Source: a virus
Taxonomy: Duplodnaviria; Caudoviricetes
IMG/VR virus record: IMGVR_UViG_3300021197_001961
Span: 1-59,055 of that record
Strand: one strand, 5' to 3'
DNA: 59,055 bases
Both the position numbers and the translations under genes were made by a program. Below, in pieces: positions 54,737 to 59,055 of this stretch; position 1 is the first letter of the stretch, and every line of letters begins with the position of its first letter. The notes below the pieces were generated by a model. That model was given only the letters and a program-made list of their open reading frames with translations. It was not told where the DNA came from and did no database searches.

Positions 54737-56016
54737 TGTGTTACCTCTTGAAAATTCCAACTTTGATACCCCTTACGAGTATCCCAGGACCCAAAGTTCT
54801 CAACTACGTGTGTTAGCAATTTGTCCCATCTTTCAGCGAATTGTTCTGAGCTGTAATTTGTCAAAATATGGTTTCTTCCCATTTCGCCCATCTTTGCCAG
54901 CTCATCCTGTGGCATTTCGTGAATCTTAACCAATGCATTTATGAAATCATCTCGATTGACACGGTCCTCGTAAATATAGGGTACCTCTTGAGAGCCAATG
55001 ATAGACTTTGAAGTAGGTTCAAGCCCGATACCAAACCAATTCTTGCCATCGGTTACCTGTTCTTGAAGACCGCCGGTCATATTGACAATTACGGGTGTTT
55101 CGCACGCTAGTGATTCAAAGGTGGCTAAACCAAAGCCTTCAGCATCTGCAATATTTATCGTACAATCACAACAAGCATATAACATTGCTAGTTGTTCAGG
55201 AGGTAGCTTTTGGTGTGAGAGCATCACCTGCCCATCTGTTAGGTTCAGGTGCTCCATCAAGTGTACCAAGTCTTGCCCATGGGGATCTTTAGGGTCTGTG
55301 TGCATAATAAGTTTTGCCTCGTCATGACCTACCTTATCTAAAAATTCTTTAAACCACCATAGCACAGTGCCGCTCATCTTTCGACGAGCATTCCTATTGT
55401 TCCAGAAAAATAAAGTTGTTTTTTCACTTTCCTCAGTAGACATCTTAAAAGAAGCTTCCCTAAAGTTCTGTGTGCTCTGACTCTTCATCGGCTGTTTACA
55501 GAAAACTTCAGTGTTTGTCATATGAGGAATGTACATTTCTCTAATTTCAGGGGAGACTGTTTGGACAATATCGCTAGTTACTTTCGAAATAGTGGCGACA
55601 AGATCGTTAGAGTCATACCATTTTTTATTAAAATGTGGGTATGGGTAGTTGTCCCAAACATGATAATAAACCATAGGTACCGCAGAACGAACTTCGTTCT
55701 CCATCTCCCATAACCATCCATAAAAACGTGGGTCAGTCATAAACCACAGCACATCCGGCTTTTGGTTAATCAACATTGACCTAACCACATCTGGCGTTCC
55801 GTATCCATCAATTGGGTATATAATCCAATCATCACCGTGGGGGTCAACCTTAATCGGCTGATAATTGTGGTGCTTCATAGCACCCCCTAAACAGACAAAA
55901 CGATACTTGCCAGTTGCAAGCATCGCTTCAATAAAATATCTTGTCTGAGTTCCTACCCCGGAGGGGGATAGGGGATGGTCTGATAAGACCATAATTAACT
56001 TTTTCTTTTCTGCCAT
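54733..56016 (-). CDS. Glycosyltransferase family 4 (GT-B), 427 aa
   Basis: SPSGVGTQT, NNRNARRK, ADAEGFGLATFESLACETPVIVNMTGGLQEQV. Confidence 0.88.
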   Translation of the reverse strand: MAEKKKLIMVLSDHPLSPSGVGTQTRYFIEAMLATGKYRFVCLGGAMKHHNYQPIKVDPHGDDWIIYPIDGYGTPDVVRSMLINQKPDVLWFMTDPRFYGWLWEMENEVRSAVPMVYYHVWDNYPYPHFNKKWYDSNDLVATISKVTSDIVQTVSPEIREMYIPHMTNTEVFCKQPMKSQSTQNFREASFKMSTEESEKTTLFFWNNRNARRKMSGTVLWWFKEFLDKVGHDEAKLIMHTDPKDPHGQDLVHLMEHLNLTDGQVMLSHQKLPPEQLAMLYACCDCTINIADAEGFGLATFESLACETPVIVNMTGGLQEQVTDGKNWFGIGLEPTSKSIIGSQEVPYIYEDRVNRDDFINALVKIHEMPQDELAKMGEMGRNHILTNYSSEQFAERWDKLLTHVVENFGSWDTRKGYQSWNFQEVTQ

Positions 56017-56019
56017 TTG

Positions 56020-56790
56020 TTACCTACAATGTTCAGTTTTATGAAACTCACAGCCCCGACAAGACAGTCGGTTCTTGATGTGCTTCTTTTTCTGTATATT
56101 GTATACGGCTTTATTCAATAGTTTAAGGGCATTTTCAGTTTTTCTTGGTCCACTGGTAACTCGAAAGATCTCGACGTGATTCTTTTTTGCCGTGCGTTTG
56201 ATCAAAGCGAAGTGAGTCTCGATCATCTTAGGATCAACGTTGTGCTTACGTGCAAAGTGATGCTTATATAATGTCAACTGATAGGTGACCATGGGATCAG
56301 ATCGCCGGCGAGAATCCCAACCCCAAGACGTCGTCTTCCAGTCAAGGATGTGATATTTACCGTCCGTGGTCTTAACCACAAGGTCGATAAAGCCCTTAAA
56401 CAGGTATTCAACGCCCTCCATAGGCTCGTAGAGCTTCTCCTCTGCCGAAAACACCTCGTAGTCCCCGAAATACTCCGAGAGAGCAGGGACAGGCATCCCT
56501 GCCAGTTCTACACCCTGCTGTTCCATTTCTGTAACAAGTGACTGCTTTAGCTCCACGCCATCAACGAGGAGACCCTCAATTTCTTTTTCAAAAGCCTTGG
56601 TGAATAGTTCGCCCTCCTTGCCTTCAGGCAGCGTTCCCAAGACACGTTGCTCGCAAACCTCGTGGATGGCGCTCCCAAAGGCAGTATGCTCACTTCCGAC
56701 AAATCCCTTGAGCTTATCGATATTTACTAGTTTATGGTAATAGGCGCATTTCGCCCAGTTCTTGAGTTCGGAAAATGATATATGTGGCAT
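56020..56790 (-). CDS. PD-(D/E)XK nuclease, Cas4/AddB-like with four Fe-S cysteines, 256 aa
   Basis: ISFSEL...C, GSAIHEVCE, GFIDLV..ILDWKT, QLTLY, C-terminal CRGCEFHKTEHC. Confidence 0.85.
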   Translation of the reverse strand: MPHISFSELKNWAKCAYYHKLVNIDKLKGFVGSEHTAFGSAIHEVCEQRVLGTLPEGKEGELFTKAFEKEIEGLLVDGVELKQSLVTEMEQQGVELAGMPVPALSEYFGDYEVFSAEEKLYEPMEGVEYLFKGFIDLVVKTTDGKYHILDWKTTSWGWDSRRRSDPMVTYQLTLYKHHFARKHNVDPKMIETHFALIKRTAKKNHVEIFRVTSGPRKTENALKLLNKAVYNIQKKKHIKNRLSCRGCEFHKTEHCR

Positions 56791-57078
56791 TTATTTCTTT
56801 GAGCTGTTCGACTTTGCGGTGCGTCTTCTCTTAATGGGAGGTTTTATTTTTTTAAATTCCCAAGTGCCCTCGCAGGGGGTTTCAGCACCTTTGTTGTTTA
56901 CGTGAGAACTCTTTAGCAGTTCTATCTTGTTATACCCTTTTTTCAATAAAAGTTCTTTTACATCACAATCGTTGAAAATTATTTTTTTAGGAAATTGATA
57001 GTCTTGCCTTGGAGCTTTTATAGTACAATATATTATACCACCTTTTTCCTGTATGTCAACACTTATTTCCTTAGTCAT
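56791..57078 (-). CDS. Hypothetical basic protein, 95 aa
   Basis: ORF fills the gap between its neighbours. Lys/Arg-rich tail. Confidence 0.55.
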   Translation of the reverse strand: MTKEISVDIQEKGGIIYCTIKAPRQDYQFPKKIIFNDCDVKELLLKKGYNKIELLKSSHVNNKGAETPCEGTWEFKKIKPPIKRRRTAKSNSSKK

Positions 57079-57778
57079 CTATTTCCTCCACCAAAAAATT
57101 AAGTTTACGATAACACTGGGGTGATAAAGTTCTAACTTCCGCTTTATCTTTCAAGAAGTAATACTCGAAGCTTTCTGCGAAGTATTCTGCCAAAGATGTA
57201 GCTCCGTATGGAGTTAAGAACAAACCTTGCGTTGCCTGTCTTAGCATTTCATATCCAACATCTTTAAACAAAAACATATCAAATTCTTCCGAATACTCAG
57301 TTTGCATAAAATCTTTAGGATGAACCTTGTATCCCTCTGAACTTAGAATATAATATAGCCTCTGTCTTTTTCCTAAAAACTCCCGGCTTACCCTCTGATC
57401 TTCATAAATTTGAGAACCATACTGCGCCTCTGTCAGGTGTGCCATCTCATGCACTAAGTCATCGATGAAATCTGAATCGTCATCTTGCTCATTGGTGATG
57501 TATATCGCACCTTCCCGATAAAAAGCGTTGATCTGCCTCTCCTCAAACTCTGGAAATTGTCCTATAAAGATACTATCCAAGCCGTAAGCCAGATGTTGAG
57601 GCACTGTTCTCTCAACACGATCTAAGCTTAACTGAAGGTCTATATGATCTGGCAGAGGGTCTTTAACCAAGACAAAGACATCTCCATAAAGGTACCACTC
57701 TTTTTTCTTGGCGGATGCCCTAGATGCGCTCTCAGTTATAAAGATTTCAAGACGTCGTCTGGTTATGTTTATTTTCAT
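57071..57778 (-). CDS. Zincin-like metallopeptidase, 235 aa
   Basis: NAFYREGAIYI strand, LVHEMAH (HEXXH) and downstream YGATSLAEYFAESFEYYF (third ligand Glu, as in ATLF/MtfA-like gluzincins). Confidence 0.7.
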   Translation of the reverse strand: MKINITRRRLEIFITESASRASAKKKEWYLYGDVFVLVKDPLPDHIDLQLSLDRVERTVPQHLAYGLDSIFIGQFPEFEERQINAFYREGAIYITNEQDDDSDFIDDLVHEMAHLTEAQYGSQIYEDQRVSREFLGKRQRLYYILSSEGYKVHPKDFMQTEYSEEFDMFLFKDVGYEMLRQATQGLFLTPYGATSLAEYFAESFEYYFLKDKAEVRTLSPQCYRKLNFLVEEIDD

Positions 57779-58037
57779 CGCGATTCATTTCTAGATCACA
57801 CAGTGCTTGGTGATATCCTCTTAGGAAATTTTCACCTGCTATAGCTAGTGTGAATTCCGGAAAGTCCTCCGCTAGAGTGTCTACTATCATTTGAACAGTC
57901 ACATTTCCATCTTCTGGACTATGCTTTGTGCCTACATAATTTACTAGCCAAGTTTTTAATTCATTTTCTTTTTCGACTGTCTCTCTTAACTCTGGGTTAT
58001 CCCATTCATCAAAACTACTAGGATCTGCTTCATTCAT
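57747..58037 (-). CDS. Hypothetical acidic protein, 96 aa
   Basis: ATG coupled to the PhoH stop (TAATG). Confidence 0.6.
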   Translation of the reverse strand: MNEADPSSFDEWDNPELRETVEKENELKTWLVNYVGTKHSPEDGNVTVQMIVDTLAEDFPEFTLAIAGENFLRGYHQALCDLEMNRDENKHNQTTS

Positions 58038-59055
58038 TATAATATTTTGGCTGCCAATGTTGCAACCTTTGACCTTTCTCCTCGTCGTAGGGTGACATGT
58101 CCTGATAGATCGAATGATTTAAATTTTTCAACCGCATATGTCAATCCATTGGATGTCTGGTCAATGTATGCGTTATCAATTTGCTCAATATCGCCTGTTA
58201 GGACTATCTTTGTATCTTCCCCTACTCGGGTAATTATAGTCTTTAATTCGTGACTTGTTAAATTCTGCGCCTCGTCGATAATGATAAACGCATTTGAGAT
58301 TGAACGACCGCGAATATAAGTTAGAGCCTCAATCTCTATAATGCCTTTTTCAAAATACATCTCAAGCATATTTTTATCACCATTCATCAAAAACTCTAGG
58401 TTATCTTTAATGGGGGCTAACCATGGAGACATCTTTTCTTCTAAGGTTCCTGGTAGGAAGCCAATGTCCTTGCCCATGGGCTGCACCGGTCTTGAGACGA
58501 TTAGTCTGCTATATTCCTTAGACCCTAAGCATTGCTCCATTCCTGCGGCAATTGCGCATAGTGTTTTTCCACAACCAGCGCGACCGACGAGGGAGATAAT
58601 GGGAATCTCTGGGTTCATAAGAATATCTAGTGCAAAGGCTTGCTCCTTGTTACGTGCGCGCACACCCCAAATGCCGTCCTTGTATTCTTGAACTTTTTCT
58701 AGAGAAACATGGGGATTGATATATCTCGCCAGGGCGCTCTTCTTTTCGTTTGCGTTTGAAACGAGCATAATAAACTCGTTTGCGTAAGCTTTTACGCCGT
58801 CTTCTAGAAAAACGTCTTCTCCAGCGTAAAACTGGTCTATTATTTGATCATCTACCGGAACTGTTTTAAACCCAGCATAAAGTTCTGAATCTTTATCTAA
58901 AACCTTTTCAGCCTTATAGTCTTCAGCAACAATCCCTACAGAATCGCATATGACGCGCATATTGACGTCTTTGGACACTACGATGACCTTGCGGTCAGGA
59001 TGTTCCATACCTTCCGTTAGAGCGGCTCCTATGATGATATTATCAGGTATGTTGG
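58037..59055 (-). CDS. phoH: PIN-PhoH family ATPase (PhoH2/YlaK type), 5' end outside window
   Basis: Walker A GRAGCGKT, SRP..IGFLPGTLEEKM.PW, YIRGRS, IIDEAQN, GDIEQID. The frame stays open upstream of 59008 (..NIPDNIIIGAALTEGMEHPDRKVIVVSKDVNMRV), which is the end of a PIN domain. Confidence 0.92.
   Translation of the reverse strand, partial: NIPDNIIIGAALTEGMEHPDRKVIVVSKDVNMRVICDSVGIVAEDYKAEKVLDKDSELYAGFKTVPVDDQIIDQFYAGEDVFLEDGVKAYANEFIMLVSNANEKKSALARYINPHVSLEKVQEYKDGIWGVRARNKEQAFALDILMNPEIPIISLVGRAGCGKTLCAIAAGMEQCLGSKEYSRLIVSRPVQPMGKDIGFLPGTLEEKMSPWLAPIKDNLEFLMNGDKNMLEMYFEKGIIEIEALTYIRGRSISNAFIIIDEAQNLTSHELKTIITRVGEDTKIVLTGDIEQIDNAYIDQTSNGLTYAVEKFKSFDLSGHVTLRRGERSKVATLAAKIL

Larger units (their letters stand above)
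1..59055 (-). mobile_element. Segment of a large contractile-tailed bacteriophage genome (baseplate module, late sigma-like gene, glycan island, PhoH)
   Basis: gp25-, gp6- and spike-like baseplate genes, gp55-like sigma, PhoH, RuvC-like and Cas4-like nucleases. Dense, single-orientation, overlapping genes and no host housekeeping operons. No integrase or att site is visible, so free phage versus prophage cannot be decided here. Confidence 0.9.

Noticed and set aside
36533-56016. Island as host chromosomal LPS/capsule locus flanking a prophage
   Set aside because: It is closely packed against phage-type genes on both sides in the same orientation, and lacks export or polymerase genes and any att/integrase boundary. 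Misassembly cannot be excluded without reads.
56020-56790. CRISPR-Cas system suggested by the Cas4-like gene
   Set aside because: No repeat-spacer array and no other cas genes. Intergenic gaps are all too short to hold an array.
1-59055. Stop-codon reassignment, introns/inteins, tRNA genes, diversity-generating retroelement
   Set aside because: Genes are full length in the standard code and end in TAA, TAG and TGA. I saw no intein or homing endonuclease motifs, reverse transcriptase, duplicated template repeat or cloverleaf-like gap.

Overview
The whole 59 kb window looks like one piece of a large, uncultured, contractile-tailed (myovirus-like) bacteriophage genome. All credible genes are on the minus strand, tightly packed, often with TAATG/ATGA overlaps, and read in the standard genetic code. 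In transcription order (high to low coordinates) there are four blocks. (1) 59055-56020: a PIN-PhoH ATPase cut by the window edge, a HEXXH zinc-peptidase-like protein, small ORFs and a solo Cas4/PD-(D/E)XK nuclease. (2) 56016-36533: a ~19.5 kb, 21-gene glycan island with no obvious membrane proteins. It encodes seven glycosyltransferase-like proteins (one with eukaryote-type GT29 sialylmotifs), a minimal split transketolase, RfbH/DdhC, an RmlB-like dehydratase, a B12 radical SAM enzyme, a NeuA-type cytidylyltransferase-cupin fusion, an SDR, an AroB-family cyclase, a class III aminotransferase, a GmhA-like SIS protein, Fcl and Gmd. (3) 36509-34575: small ORFs, an FmdB zinc ribbon and a gp55-like sigma factor. 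(4) 34575-1: a baseplate/tail module (OB-fold/M23 hub protein, HxH spike, 2427-aa unknown, gp25, gp6, 3176-aa gp7-like LamG protein, paralogous virion proteins) followed by a RuvC-like resolvase. A shared ACTATTTA motif lies upstream of several structural genes, with a near-copy inside the glycan island. The best candidate for an undescribed system is a phage-encoded cytoplasmic pathway that builds unusual (branched, carbocyclic/amino, methylated, CMP-activated) sugars and probably attaches them to Ser/Thr-Gly-Ser-rich virion proteins. No tRNA, rRNA or CRISPR array was seen. All family calls come from motif recognition by eye, not database searches.
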